Positions 1-9,620 of a stretch of 64,000 nt of DNA are shown here, in pieces (position 1 is the stretch's first letter; each line of letters starts with the position of its first letter). This DNA comes from Candidatus Aminicenantes bacterium (GTDB lineage: Bacteria > Acidobacteriota > Aminicenantia > S016-38). The notes beneath the pieces are model-generated. The model searched no databases. It was not told the origin of the DNA and worked only from the letters and a program-made list of their open reading frames with translations. Made by a program: the position numbers and the translations under genes. The stretch lies in the NCBI GenBank assembly GCA_027025175.1, contig JALVRF010000127.1:16140-80139 (forward strand), read 5' to 3'.

Positions 1-89
1 CGGCTGGAAAGTTCATCCTTCAGGATTATAACCGGGGTATTGGAAGTAGGGTCAAGAACCACACCGTAAACCACCACTTCTATTTCCAT
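1..89 (-). CDS. Partial CDS (N-terminus only; continues past window start): bifunctional nuclease (BFN/DUF151) domain protein
   Basis: Reverse-strand translation from ATG at 89..87 gives MEIEVVVYGVVLDPTSNTPVIILKDELSS, matching the conserved N-terminus of DUF151/BFN proteins. A GGAGAAGGAGG RBS sits just upstream. The ORF was not in the supplied track because it is truncated. Confidence 0.45.
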   Translation of the reverse strand, partial: MEIEVVVYGVVLDPTSNTPVIILKDELSS

Positions 90-117
90 CTCTTCCTCCT
101 TCTCCTAATATGATAGG

Positions 118-603
118 TCAGGGAAGTTCAATTTCAACCTTTTTTATACCCTGATAGGGGAGGAGTCTGCGGGCGAGGTGAAAAAGGCTCTCGCCTCCTA
201 TCTCCACATCTCCCTCCAGTTCTATGAGGGGAAGGATGAAAAATAGGCGATTTTTCAGGTCATAGTGGGGGATCTTAACCCTGGGAGTTTCCACCTCCCC
301 CTCTGACCAGAGAACTATGTCAAGGTCAAGGGTTCTGGGACCCCAGCGAAGTTCGTTTCTCGCTCTACCGGCTTCCATCTCTATTCCCTGAAGAATGTCA
401 AGCACCTTTTCCGGAAGAAGATCGGTGGTGATCTTCACCATCATGTTGTAAAAATTGGGCTGGTGTGGATAACCGTAGGGCTCGGATTCGTAGACCGAGG
501 AGAGGGAAACTATTCTGAACTCCTGGGAAAGCCTCCTCAGGGCCAGTTTAAGATTTTCTTCTTTTCTAATGTTGGTTCCAATGGCTATCAGGTACTCCAT
601 CAT
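118..603 (-). CDS. folK: 2-amino-4-hydroxy-6-hydroxymethyldihydropteridine pyrophosphokinase (HPPK)
   Basis: 161 aa with IAIGTN... and RWGPRTLDLDIVLW motifs typical of FolK. It overlaps folP by 4 nt. Confidence 0.85.
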   Translation of the reverse strand: MMEYLIAIGTNIRKEENLKLALRRLSQEFRIVSLSSVYESEPYGYPHQPNFYNMMVKITTDLLPEKVLDILQGIEMEAGRARNELRWGPRTLDLDIVLWSEGEVETPRVKIPHYDLKNRLFFILPLIELEGDVEIGGESLFHLARRLLPYQGIKKVEIELP

Positions 604-1790
604 TTTATCCCCTTTGCTAATTTTACGCTCATTTTGTTCTCCCTCACATCGTGAACCCTTATTATACTAACTCCTTTAAGAGCAAGGTAAAGGGAAAGGG
701 AGGCGGTGGGGACCAGCCTTTCATCCACCTCTGCCCCTGTAAGATGGCCAATAAAACTCTTCCTTGAATGGCCCACAAGGACGGGATAACCTAAGGAGAA
801 AAAGGCTTCTATGTTCTTGAGGATTTCCAGGTTGTCCTCAAGCCTTTTTCCGAATCCTATTCCAGGGTCCACGGCAATCTTCTCAACCCCTTCCCTGCGG
901 GCGAAATCGGCCCTCTCCCCGAGAAAGCCCAAAATCTCCTTTACGGCGTCTTCATAATGCGGGTTCTTCTGCATGTCCCTTGGGGTCCCCTTCATGTGCA
1001 TCAGGATAACCGGCACTTTGTATTTTGCGGCCACCTTCACCATTTCCGGGTCAAATCTCAGGGCAGAGATGTCGTTTATTAAGTCGGCCCCCTCCTCTAA
1101 GGCTGCCTTAGCCACCTCCGCCTTGTAGGTATCCACGGAAATGGGTATGGAAACTCTTTTCCTTATTTCCCTTATGGCAGGAATAACCCTTTCTATCTCC
1201 TCATCCAGGGGAACGGGTTCTGCACCGGGTCGGGAGGACTCACCGCCCACATCTATAAAATCAGCACCCTCTTCCTGCATCTGCTCTGCTATTTCACCGG
1301 ACGTCTCCGGGCTCACCCTGGAGCCACGGAAGAAGGAATCCGGCGTAACGTTTATTATGCCCATTACATATGTGTTTTTACGAAAATCGTATTCTCTGCC
1401 CCGGATCTCCCAGACCATCTCCCTTGGGCGGATTTGTTCCAGAAGGCTCTGGCCCACACCCTTCAGGCCCCAGTAGTTCATCTGGAGGAGTTTCTTTGAT
1501 GCCTTTTTTATCTGAGCCTCGGTTCCCATAAGGATGAGGTCAGAGATTTCAACCCTGCAGTTTATAACATGGCGGTGGACTGCAGCGTCCCCGCCTGCGG
1601 AAAGCATTTCCTGTTTTATTATGTTGGCTGCTGGTGCCTTCACATCCGTGATTTTGAAAATAAGAAAATTGGACTTGGCCCTGAATATGGGAACCGAGGC
1701 AGGGTCTGCCCCAAGTTTGAGAATCTCCTCAACCAGGGAAGAGAGGGGAATTCTATAAACCATTGGTAAATTCCACGCAGGCATAAGCAT
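600..1790 (-). CDS. folP: Dihydropteroate synthase with an N-terminal extension of about 115 aa and unknown function
   Basis: The C-terminal 280 aa carry the pterin-binding DHPS signature (GIINVTPDSFF, DPGIGFGK). Alternative in-frame ATGs at 1784 and 1763 would shorten the overlap with folE2; the start is uncertain. Confidence 0.8.
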   Translation of the reverse strand: MLMPAWNLPMVYRIPLSSLVEEILKLGADPASVPIFRAKSNFLIFKITDVKAPAANIIKQEMLSAGGDAAVHRHVINCRVEISDLILMGTEAQIKKASKKLLQMNYWGLKGVGQSLLEQIRPREMVWEIRGREYDFRKNTYVMGIINVTPDSFFRGSRVSPETSGEIAEQMQEEGADFIDVGGESSRPGAEPVPLDEEIERVIPAIREIRKRVSIPISVDTYKAEVAKAALEEGADLINDISALRFDPEMVKVAAKYKVPVILMHMKGTPRDMQKNPHYEDAVKEILGFLGERADFARREGVEKIAVDPGIGFGKRLEDNLEILKNIEAFFSLGYPVLVGHSRKSFIGHLTGAEVDERLVPTASLSLYLALKGVSIIRVHDVRENKMSVKLAKGIK

Positions 1791-2529
1791 TGTGATTGTG
1801 GATGGATTCGTAGTTTTCCACTTCTACCTTAAACCAGGTTATCCTTTCGTCCTTTTTAAGGGCCAAGGCTATTTCCCTGGATGCGTCCTCCACAAACCTT
1901 GGATTGTCGTAGGCCCTTTCGGTTATGTATTTTTCGTCCTCCCTTTTAAGGAGGGAAAAAACAGGGGCGCTGGCAGCGCTCTCCGCCATCTCCACCAGTT
2001 CTTCAAACCATACTAATTTTTTCATCCTCACCTGTATCCTCGCTACCCCCCTCTGGTTGTGGGCTCCCCGGGAGGAGATTTCCTTAGAGCACGGACACAG
2101 GTTATGGATGGGAACCTCCACCAGAACCACCAGGTCAAATTTTTTCTCGGTTTTGGTTCCCATGAGCCCGCAGGTATAGTTCATGAAACTTTCAATTCCG
2201 CTCACTGGGGCCTTTTTCCTTATAAAATAAGGAAACTTGAGTTCAATGTGGGAAGTGGAGGCGGAAAAGGCATCCCTCATGTCCTCCAGGATTTTCTCTA
2301 TGTTGTGAATAGCCATGGTGTTCTTGTGCTTTTCCAGGACCTCTATAAAACGGGACATGTGGGTCCCCCGGAATTCCTTGGGGAGGTCCACATACATGTT
2401 AACGGTAGCCACTGTGGACTGATACTTGTTCTTTCTGTCAAGAACCCTGATGGGATAAAGAAGGTCCTTTATCCCTACCTTGTTTAAGGGTATTTCCCTG
2501 GTATCCCTTTCTGCCTGGACATCCTTCAT
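1753..2529 (-). CDS. folE2: GTP cyclohydrolase FolE2 (MptA family, type IB)
   Basis: GTHMSRF, CPCSKEISS and the C-terminal HNHNAYA motifs are typical of FolE2. The start is trimmed to the ATG at 2529 (MKDVQAER) because the longer ORF overlaps a tRNA. Confidence 0.8.
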   Translation of the reverse strand: MKDVQAERDTREIPLNKVGIKDLLYPIRVLDRKNKYQSTVATVNMYVDLPKEFRGTHMSRFIEVLEKHKNTMAIHNIEKILEDMRDAFSASTSHIELKFPYFIRKKAPVSGIESFMNYTCGLMGTKTEKKFDLVVLVEVPIHNLCPCSKEISSRGAHNQRGVARIQVRMKKLVWFEELVEMAESAASAPVFSLLKREDEKYITERAYDNPRFVEDASREIALALKKDERITWFKVEVENYESIHNHNAYACVEFTNGL

Positions 2530-2544
2530 ATAAAAATTAAAGAG

Positions 2545-2618
2545 CACGCCCGGAGGGACTCGAACCCCCAACCAACTGATTCGTAGTCAGCCGCTCTATC
2601 CAATTGAGCTACGGGCGC
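2545..2618 (-). tRNA. tRNA-Arg (anticodon ACG)
   Basis: Reverse complement folds as a cloverleaf: acceptor GCGCCCG/CGGGCGU, D-arm GCUC-AAUUGGAU-AGAGC, anticodon stem GCUGA/UCAGU with loop CU-ACG-AA, T-arm GGGGG-UUCGAGU-CCCUC. CCA is not encoded. Confidence 0.85.
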
Positions 2619-2630
2619 ACCCAATTTCAT

Positions 2631-2665
2631 ATTATACCATCGGTTAAACCCTTCTGTAATTCCAC
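2631..2665 (-). promoter_or_regulatory. Putative sigma70-type promoter for tRNA-Arg (TTACAG -35, 17 nt, TATAAT -10)
   Basis: On the minus strand: TTACAG-N17-TATAAT, with the -10 ending 12 nt before the mature tRNA 5' end. Confidence 0.35.
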
Positions 2666-3417
2666 TCCCTGGAGGAATACTTTCTCTCTAAGGCCCTGAC
2701 CGGTTCTTCAGGAAGTTCTGCTTCCACCACCCGGGCCCTGAACTTGTGGGAAAAAGCCTTCAGTATTCCCTCAATCATCTCCTCCTTAGTGGGAAGTTCA
2801 TCAAGAACTTCCGAAAGGGAGTAAAAACTTTTCTCAAGGAGGGAAAGGGGAGTCCTGGTAGCCATGGCAATTTTTTCCCTTATGTAATTTATGGGGATGG
2901 TGCCGTGAATCATAAAAACGTCCCTCTTCTTTTTCATGGCTCCGGAGACCAGTTTCCTCCCCTTCACCTTTATCTCCCATCTTCCTGGAAAGGAAAAACA
3001 GGCAATTTCCTGGCGGGAAAATTCCCCATATTGCTGATTGGAAAGTTTTACCTCTAAGCCTAAGGACTCAAGAAAAAGGGAAAGGGCTTCGGAGACAAGG
3101 AGATATGGGTAATATGGAGAAGGATTGGAGAAGAAAAGGGGTTCCCTGCTGGAGACCGCATAGGTTATCTCGTTATGGTGAAGAACCGCCTTTCCTCCGG
3201 TGAGCCTCCTTACAAAGGGAATGCCCTCCCTTTCAAGGTGTTCCAGGTCTAAGGCCTTGCTTACAGGCTGGGAAAAACCTATGGTCACCGTGGGACAGCA
3301 CCAGTCGTAAAGCCTAAGGTGAACCCCTCCCTTTCGGCTTTCCTCCATTAAGTATTCGTCCTTGGCCATGTTGAGGGGGCCAGGAGCCTGGCCCCCCCTG
3401 TAAAAATAAATTTCCAA
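2644..3417 (-). CDS. Lipoate-protein ligase / octanoyltransferase family protein (BPL/LplA/LipB catalytic domain)
   Basis: 257 aa with a KGRKLVSGAMKK lysine motif and the overall LplA/LipM-like pattern. Confidence 0.65.
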   Translation of the reverse strand: MEIYFYRGGQAPGPLNMAKDEYLMEESRKGGVHLRLYDWCCPTVTIGFSQPVSKALDLEHLEREGIPFVRRLTGGKAVLHHNEITYAVSSREPLFFSNPSPYYPYLLVSEALSLFLESLGLEVKLSNQQYGEFSRQEIACFSFPGRWEIKVKGRKLVSGAMKKKRDVFMIHGTIPINYIREKIAMATRTPLSLLEKSFYSLSEVLDELPTKEEMIEGILKAFSHKFRARVVEAELPEEPVRALERKYSSREWNYRRV

Positions 3418-3420
3418 CTC

Positions 3421-4926
3421 CTATTCCACCTTCACTATCTCGTCGGTGTCTATCTGTGCCCTCTGAAGCCTCCCGCTGAAGTCAATGTAAACGGACTTCC
3501 ACTCGGTGAATATGTCTATAACCGTATGGCCTCCTTCCCTGTGTCCGTTTCCTGTCTGGTTTACGCCGCCGAAGGGAAGATGGACCTCCGCCCCGATGGT
3601 GGGAGCATTCACATAGGTAATTCCTGTGTAAATATCCCTTATGGCAATGAAGGCCTTCTTTATGTCGTTGGTGTAAATGGAAGAACTCAGTCCGTATTTG
3701 GAGTTATTGGCTATTTCAATGGCATGTTCCAGAGAGTCTGCGGGGATTACCGAAACCACCGGACCGAAGATTTCCTCCTGGGCTATTCTCATATTGGGGT
3801 CCACATCGGCAAAGATGGTGGGGGCCACGAACCATCCCCTGTCGTACTCGCCTCCGGTCAGGCGATGGCCTCCTATGAGGAGTTTTGCCCCCTCGCTCTT
3901 TCCTATCTCAATGTAGGAAAGAACCTTGTTCAATTGGGACTCGTTGATAAGCGGTCCCACATCGGTATTGGGATCAAGGCCGTTTCCAACCCTGAGTTTC
4001 TTAACTCTCTCCACATACATGTCAAGGAATTTCTTGTAAACCTTTTTGTGGACAATTACCCTGGATGTGGCGGTGCAGCGCTGACCAGTGGTTCCGAATC
4101 CTCCCCAGGTGGCGCCATCCACGGCAAGTTCCAGGTTGGCATCGTCCATAACGATCTGGGCGTTTTTACCTCCCATTTCCAGGGAAACTTTCTTGAAGAG
4201 GCTGGCGCCCTTAGAGCCTATGTGCTTTCCCACTTCAGAGGAACCGGTGAAGGAAATCACCTTCACATAGGGGTGGGTTATCAGGGATTCCCCCACCACA
4301 GCCCCTGAACCGGTGACCAGATTGACCACCCCTGCAGGGACCCCTGCTTCCACCAGAACCTTCACGAAGTTGTAGGCGGAAAGCGGGGTGTCGGTGGCAG
4401 GTTTGAATACCACGGTGTTTCCTGCCACCAAGGCAGGGATTATCTTCCAGGAAGGAATGGCCATGGGAAAATTCCATGGAGTTATTATGGCAGCCACCCC
4501 CATGGGTATTCTTATGGACATCTGAAATTTAAGGGGAAGTTCCGAAGGGGTGGTGAAACCGTAAAGACGGCGGCCCTCACCGGCTATAAAGAAACTCATG
4601 TCAATGGCTTCCTGGACATCTCCCCTGGTCTCTGGAAGTATTTTCCCCATCTCCCTGGTCTCGTCCCTGGCAAAGTCCTCCTTCCTCTCCACCAGCATCT
4701 GGGCGGCCTTAAATATGATTTCCGCCCTCTTTGGAGCAGGGAGAAGTCTCCATTTCCTGTATGCCCTCTGGGCAGCCTCCACCGCTGCCTCCACATCCTC
4801 CCTGGTAGATTTCTGGAATATCCCTATGACCTCGTCCCAGTTGGCAGGATTACGATTTTCGTAGACCTCCCCCGATGATGATTCCACCCACTGTCCATCA
4901 ATGAGGTTCTTGTAAACCTCAGCCAT
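3421..4926 (-). CDS. NAD(P)-dependent aldehyde dehydrogenase
   Basis: ALDH signatures are present ([15 protein letters not shown], catalytic Cys region GQRCTA). Start trimmed to the ATG at 4926 ([13 protein letters not shown]), which has a GGAGG RBS. Confidence 0.85.
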   Translation of the reverse strand: MAEVYKNLIDGQWVESSSGEVYENRNPANWDEVIGIFQKSTREDVEAAVEAAQRAYRKWRLLPAPKRAEIIFKAAQMLVERKEDFARDETREMGKILPETRGDVQEAIDMSFFIAGEGRRLYGFTTPSELPLKFQMSIRIPMGVAAIITPWNFPMAIPSWKIIPALVAGNTVVFKPATDTPLSAYNFVKVLVEAGVPAGVVNLVTGSGAVVGESLITHPYVKVISFTGSSEVGKHIGSKGASLFKKVSLEMGGKNAQIVMDDANLELAVDGATWGGFGTTGQRCTATSRVIVHKKVYKKFLDMYVERVKKLRVGNGLDPNTDVGPLINESQLNKVLSYIEIGKSEGAKLLIGGHRLTGGEYDRGWFVAPTIFADVDPNMRIAQEEIFGPVVSVIPADSLEHAIEIANNSKYGLSSSIYTNDIKKAFIAIRDIYTGITYVNAPTIGAEVHLPFGGVNQTGNGHREGGHTVIDIFTEWKSVYIDFSGRLQRAQIDTDEIVKVE

Positions 4927-5350
4927 TCTTCGCCTCCGGTTTTGAGGAAGTTGCATGAGAGGGAGCGGGTCCCATTTCCACGGTTCCCCGGAAGACAGCC
5001 CCCTCCTCAATAACCAGTTTGTCGGTGATAATCTTCCCCTGAACTTTTCCTGTGGGGGTTATAATGGTTTTCACCTTGGTGGTAATGTCCCCTTCCACCT
5101 TCCCTTCCACCTTTACCTCAGCGGCCTTGATGTTTCCCTTGACCTGGCCTTCCTGCCTTATGTGAACGGCTCTTTCCGCCTCAATGTTCCCCTGAATCTT
5201 TCCCTGGATCTCCATCTCCTCCCTGGAGGTTACGTTCCCTTTAATTTCCACCGTTTTGCCTATAAAGGTTTTTCCTGTGGAAACAGCCCCCGGGGTATAA
5301 CTGGGGGTGTACTTTTCTCCTCCCTCCATTTCCTTTTTCCCTATAACCAT
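4919..5350 (-). CDS. Bactofilin family cytoskeletal protein
   Basis: 143 aa with repetitive beta-helix G-x-I/V-x-G motifs ([37 protein letters not shown]). Confidence 0.7.
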   Translation of the reverse strand: MVIGKKEMEGGEKYTPSYTPGAVSTGKTFIGKTVEIKGNVTSREEMEIQGKIQGNIEAERAVHIRQEGQVKGNIKAAEVKVEGKVEGDITTKVKTIITPTGKVQGKIITDKLVIEEGAVFRGTVEMGPAPSHATSSKPEAKNG

Positions 5351-5453
5351 ATCATCCTCCTTACAAAATTTTTCCTTTCCAGAAGGAAATTTTAGAATAC
5401 TGAGGTCAAAACTTCAAATAAAGGTTATAATTTAAAGAAAAAAGGAAGGAAAG

Positions 5454-5927
5454 ATGAGCAAAATTAGAGAGGGAAATCTCAGGGGAGAGGGGCTTAAAAT
5501 AGCCATTGTGGTTTCAAGGTTCAACGGAAGGATAACCGCGAGGCTCCTGGAAGGGGCCAGGGAAGCCCTGGAAAAGACAGGAGTATACGAAAGCGACATA
5601 GAAATATGGAAAACCCCTGGTTCCTTTGAAATCCCCCTGGTGGCAAAGAAAATTGCCCAGGGGAAAAACAGGCCCGACGCCATAATCTGTCTGGGAGCCA
5701 TAATACGGGGCGAAACTCCGCATTTTGACTTCGTTGCCGCAGAGGTCTCCAAGGGTATTGCCCAGGTAAGCCTTGAGACCGGGGTTCCCCTTATCTTCGG
5801 GATAATAACCGCAGACACCAAGGAACAGGCCGAGGAAAGGGCCGGTGGAAAAATGGGCAATAGGGGATACGAGGCCGCCCTTTCCGCCGTAGAGATAGCT
5901 ACTCTCCTGAGGTCTTCCACCGGATGA
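5454..5927 (+). CDS. ribH: 6,7-dimethyl-8-ribityllumazine synthase
   Basis: [30 protein letters not shown] and the conserved ribH-nusB synteny. Confidence 0.9.
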   Translation: MSKIREGNLRGEGLKIAIVVSRFNGRITARLLEGAREALEKTGVYESDIEIWKTPGSFEIPLVAKKIAQGKNRPDAIICLGAIIRGETPHFDFVAAEVSKGIAQVSLETGVPLIFGIITADTKEQAEERAGGKMGNRGYEAALSAVEIATLLRSSTG

Positions 5928-6379
5928 AGAAGGAAAGGAGGATAGCCCGGGAACTGGCTCTCAAATTTCTTTTCCCCCTGGAAGTGGGAGGAGAGCCGGA
6001 GACTTCCCTGAGAAATAGGATGGAAAATTGCGGGGACGAAGCGTGTTCCTATGCCAAATTTCTTGTAAAGGGAATCATGGAAAGGAAGGATGAAATTGAC
6101 AAACTCCTTTCCTCAAGCACCAGGAGGAATTTCCACAACCTCCTTCCCATAGAAAAGGTGCTTTTGAGGATGGGAGCCCTGGAAATTCTAACGGGCCTTA
6201 AACCTTCCATCGCCATAAACGAGGCGGTGGAACTGGCCAAGAAGTACGGGGAAGTCTCCTCTTACCGCCTAATAAACGCCATCCTGGACAGCCTGGTAAG
6301 AAGATTACAAGGAGGGAAAATTGCAGGAGAAAGAAGCAAGAAAGGAGAATCTGAAAAAACTGGAGGAACTGGGCTATAA
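5924..6379 (+). CDS. nusB: Transcription antitermination factor NusB
   Basis: [41 protein letters not shown]. It overlaps ribH by ATGA. Confidence 0.85.
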   Translation: MKKERRIARELALKFLFPLEVGGEPETSLRNRMENCGDEACSYAKFLVKGIMERKDEIDKLLSSSTRRNFHNLLPIEKVLLRMGALEILTGLKPSIAINEAVELAKKYGEVSSYRLINAILDSLVRRLQGGKIAGERSKKGESEKTGGTGL

Positions 6380-7778
6380 GGCCCATCCCTATAAGTTTCC
6401 GGCCGAGGACAGGATTTTTCGCCTGGTAAAGAAGTTTAAGGATGAGAAGGACCAGGAAAAACTCCAGAAAATCAGGGTAAAGACCGCCGGCAGAATACTC
6501 ACCATAAGGAGGATGGGCAGGGCTACCTTTTTCCACATTTCGGACGGATTGGACAAGGTCCAGGTTTTTCTCAGGGAAAACCAGTTAGGAAAGGAAAAAT
6601 ACAGGCACTTCAAGTATTTCAACATTGGTGATTGGATAGGGGTTGAAGGGGTACTATTCAGGACGAAAACCGGAGAACTTACCATTCTCGCCAGCGATTT
6701 CACCCTTCTTGCCAAGAGTCTCCTTCCCCTTCCTGAAAAATGGCACGGACTCCAGGATGTTGAGGTCCGGTTCAGAAAAAGATACCTGGACCTTATAGTG
6801 AATCCCAGAAGCAGGGAGATTTTTGAGAAAAGGGCGAAGATCGTGGGGATAATAAGGAATTTCTTCCTGGTCCGGGAATTCGTTGAAGTGGAAACCCCCA
6901 TGATGCATTCTGTTCTGGGAGGGGCCGCTGCCAGGCCTTTCCGCACCCATCACAACGCCTTAGACATGGACCTTTACCTGAGGATAGCTCCGGAACTCTA
7001 TTTAAAAAGGCTGGTGGTGGGAGGAATGGAAAGGGTTTTTGAAATAGGCAGGAACTTCCGAAACGAGGGCCTATCATCCCAGCACAATCCCGAGTTCACC
7101 ATGCTGGAATTTTACTGGGCCTACCAGGATTACCTCTTTCTCATGGACCTTACCGAAAAACTCTTTCAGGAATTAGCAGAAAAGGTCTGGGGTGGGCCCA
7201 GGGGCCAATACCAGGGAAGGGCGCTGGATTTTTCCTCTCCCTGGAAAAGGCTTGAATTCATGGATTCCTTAGCCGGGGCTATGGGAATTGAGAAGGAAGC
7301 CCTCTGGGACGAGGAATTCGTGCTAAAAAAAGCAGAGGAGGTCTTTCCGGAAGACGGGGGAAATCCACCCTCCACCTACGGGAAGGCTCTGGACTTTCTC
7401 TTTGACACCTTCATCAAGGAGAAATTATGGGAGCCCACCTTCGTTATGGACCACCCCAAAGTCATCTCTCCCCTGGCCAAGGAGCACAGGGATGACCCAA
7501 GGCTTACCGAGCGGTTTGAACTTATAATAGCCGGAATGGAGATTGCCAACGCCTTTTCAGAACTTACTGACCCTGCGGAACAACTCCTGCGCTTTGAGGA
7601 ACAGGTTCGCCGGAAGGAAGAAGGGGCAGAGGTGGACATGGATTACATAGAGGCCCTGAGTTACGGTCTTCCTCCCACAGCGGGCGAGGGCATAGGAATT
7701 GACCGAACAGTGATGATATTCACCGACTCGCCGAGCATAAGGGAAGTTATACTGTTTCCCCTGCTCAGAAAAAAATGA
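6321..7778 (+). CDS. lysS: Lysyl-tRNA synthetase, class II
   Basis: OB-fold N domain plus class II motifs (FRNEG, GLPPTAGEGIGIDR). Confidence 0.9.
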   Translation: MQEKEARKENLKKLEELGYKAHPYKFPAEDRIFRLVKKFKDEKDQEKLQKIRVKTAGRILTIRRMGRATFFHISDGLDKVQVFLRENQLGKEKYRHFKYFNIGDWIGVEGVLFRTKTGELTILASDFTLLAKSLLPLPEKWHGLQDVEVRFRKRYLDLIVNPRSREIFEKRAKIVGIIRNFFLVREFVEVETPMMHSVLGGAAARPFRTHHNALDMDLYLRIAPELYLKRLVVGGMERVFEIGRNFRNEGLSSQHNPEFTMLEFYWAYQDYLFLMDLTEKLFQELAEKVWGGPRGQYQGRALDFSSPWKRLEFMDSLAGAMGIEKEALWDEEFVLKKAEEVFPEDGGNPPSTYGKALDFLFDTFIKEKLWEPTFVMDHPKVISPLAKEHRDDPRLTERFELIIAGMEIANAFSELTDPAEQLLRFEEQVRRKEEGAEVDMDYIEALSYGLPPTAGEGIGIDRTVMIFTDSPSIREVILFPLLRKK

Positions 7779-8953
7779 AGTTTCCCCTTTTCGTTGCCCT
7801 CAGATACCTTTTTTCCCGAAGAAAACAGACCTTTATCTCCCTGATATCAGCGGTCTCCATACTGGGAATAACCATAGGAGTGGCCTCCCTTGTCATAGCC
7901 CTGGCCCTGATCTCGGGGTTCCACGGGGAAATCCAGGGAAAGATTCTCCAGGTCACCTCCGCCATAATGGCCACCGCCCCTGAAGGGGGATTACGGGGAT
8001 GGAAACAGGTGTGCGAGAAGATTGAGAGTTTTCCATTCGTGAAAAGGGCCTATCCCCAGGCCATATATCAGGCCCTGGCCAAGGGGCCCATTTCCATCCA
8101 GGGGGTCATGCTGCGGGGAATCTCCCTCCAGTCTCCTCCTCCCTGGGCCAGGGACAGGTTCAGGGGAAAGGGTCTTCTTATGGGGGAAAAACTCATGGAA
8201 AAACTGGGAGTTTTCCCTGGGGATCAGGTGGAAATTTACCTCCCCAGACTGGAACTTACCCCCTTCGGGGCCATGCCAAAGGCAAGAAGGGTTCTGGTGG
8301 AAGCGGGATTTTCCAGCGGGCTTTTCGTCCTGGATTCAACCTCAGCAGCCTTCCCTTTAGAACGGTCTAAGGAAATATTGGGAGAGGATTTCCCGGTAAA
8401 TTACATAAACATAGATGTGTACGATATTTACAGGGCTGAGGAATATTCCCGGAAACTGGAAAAGGCCTTTCCTGATTTCGTCTTTACCCCATGGAGCGAG
8501 ATCAACAGAACCCTTTTTGAATCCCTGAAACTTGAAAAAAAGGTAATATTCTTAGTTATAGCCCTGATAGTGGTGGTGGCTGCCCTCAACATAGTGGCTT
8601 CCTTAGTGCTTCTGGTGATGGAGAAGATAAAGGACATTGGAATCCTCATGTCCATGGGAGCAAAGAAAAGGGAAATATCCATGATTTTCATGCTTCAGGG
8701 AACCCTAATCGGGCTTATAGGAACCCTTTTAGGGGAGGCACTGGGAATCTTAGTCTCCCTTCTTGCCAATCATTTTCGCCTCATAAGAATTCCCCCGGAC
8801 ATATACCAACTTGACCATGTGCCCTTCCAGGTAAAACCCTTAGAAGCCCTGGGAGTTGGGCTTTTCGCCCTGGCAGTTAGTTTCCTCTCCACCCTCTATC
8901 CCTCAAGGAAGGCAGCATCCATTGACCCTTCGGAGGCCATAAGGTATGAGTGA
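7775..8953 (+). CDS. lolC: Lipoprotein-release ABC permease (LolC/LolE, FtsX family)
   Basis: N-terminal TM segment, MacB-like periplasmic domain and C-terminal FtsX TM bundle; followed by lolD. Confidence 0.75.
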   Translation: MKFPLFVALRYLFSRRKQTFISLISAVSILGITIGVASLVIALALISGFHGEIQGKILQVTSAIMATAPEGGLRGWKQVCEKIESFPFVKRAYPQAIYQALAKGPISIQGVMLRGISLQSPPPWARDRFRGKGLLMGEKLMEKLGVFPGDQVEIYLPRLELTPFGAMPKARRVLVEAGFSSGLFVLDSTSAAFPLERSKEILGEDFPVNYINIDVYDIYRAEEYSRKLEKAFPDFVFTPWSEINRTLFESLKLEKKVIFLVIALIVVVAALNIVASLVLLVMEKIKDIGILMSMGAKKREISMIFMLQGTLIGLIGTLLGEALGILVSLLANHFRLIRIPPDIYQLDHVPFQVKPLEALGVGLFALAVSFLSTLYPSRKAASIDPSEAIRYE

Positions 8954-9620
8954 AGTAAGGCTGGAAGGGATAAAGAAATATTACCCATATCCCGGGGGAT
9001 GGGTGAGGGTTCTTGAGGGGGTAGACCTGGAGGTTAAGGAGGGAGAGACAGTTTCCATAATGGGCCCCTCTGGCTCAGGAAAAACCACCCTTCTTCACAT
9101 AATCGGGACCCTTCTGAGGCCCACCCATGGAAGGGTTTTCATAGGGGAAAGGGAAATTTCAGCCCTCAGCGACCAGGAACTGGCCCTTTTCAGAGCCCAT
9201 CACATCGGCTTCGTCTTCCAGTTTCACCACCTTCTTCCGGAATTTACCGTCCTGGAAAATGTGATGATGCCTTTAATAATACGGGGGGAAAAGGATGAAG
9301 AGGTTAAGGCCAGAAAAATTCTTGAAATGGTGGGTATGAGTCACAGATTAGAGTTTAAGCCCTCCCAACTCTCTGGAGGAGAAAAACAGAGGGTGGCTTT
9401 GGCCAGGGCCCTGGTGGGTGAACCTAAACTTCTTCTGGCTGACGAGCCCACAGGAAATCTTGATTGGGATTCTTCACATAAACTTATTGAACTGCTCTCC
9501 CGACTCCAGTCCCGTCTGGGTTTCACCCTGATTCTTGTAACCCACAACCGGGAACTTGCAAAAAAATGGGGTAAAATATATTTGTTGGAAAGGGGTAATT
9601 TGAGATGTTACACAAGTTAA
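8946..9620 (+). CDS. lolD: Lipoprotein-release ABC transporter ATP-binding protein
   Basis: Walker A GPSGSGKTT, ABC signature LSGGEKQRVALARAL, Walker B LLLADEPTG. Confidence 0.85.
   Translation: MSEVRLEGIKKYYPYPGGWVRVLEGVDLEVKEGETVSIMGPSGSGKTTLLHIIGTLLRPTHGRVFIGEREISALSDQELALFRAHHIGFVFQFHHLLPEFTVLENVMMPLIIRGEKDEEVKARKILEMVGMSHRLEFKPSQLSGGEKQRVALARALVGEPKLLLADEPTGNLDWDSSHKLIELLSRLQSRLGFTLILVTHNRELAKKWGKIYLLERGNLRCYTS

Noticed and set aside
2545-2618. tRNA gene as an integration site for a mobile element
   Set aside because: There is no integrase, no duplicated tRNA 3' end, and no compositional shift in the flanks. Neighbouring genes are core folate and lipoylation genes. The same holds for the other two tRNAs.
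3526-4308. 260-aa ORF on the plus strand
   Set aside because: It lies entirely antisense within the aldehyde dehydrogenase gene. It is a shadow ORF with low-complexity composition and no RBS.
5351-5453. Possible FMN riboswitch upstream of ribH
   Set aside because: The intergenic region is only about 100 nt and lacks the conserved FMN aptamer motifs. It looks like a simple promoter (TATAAT at about 5420) with an AAGGAAGG SD.
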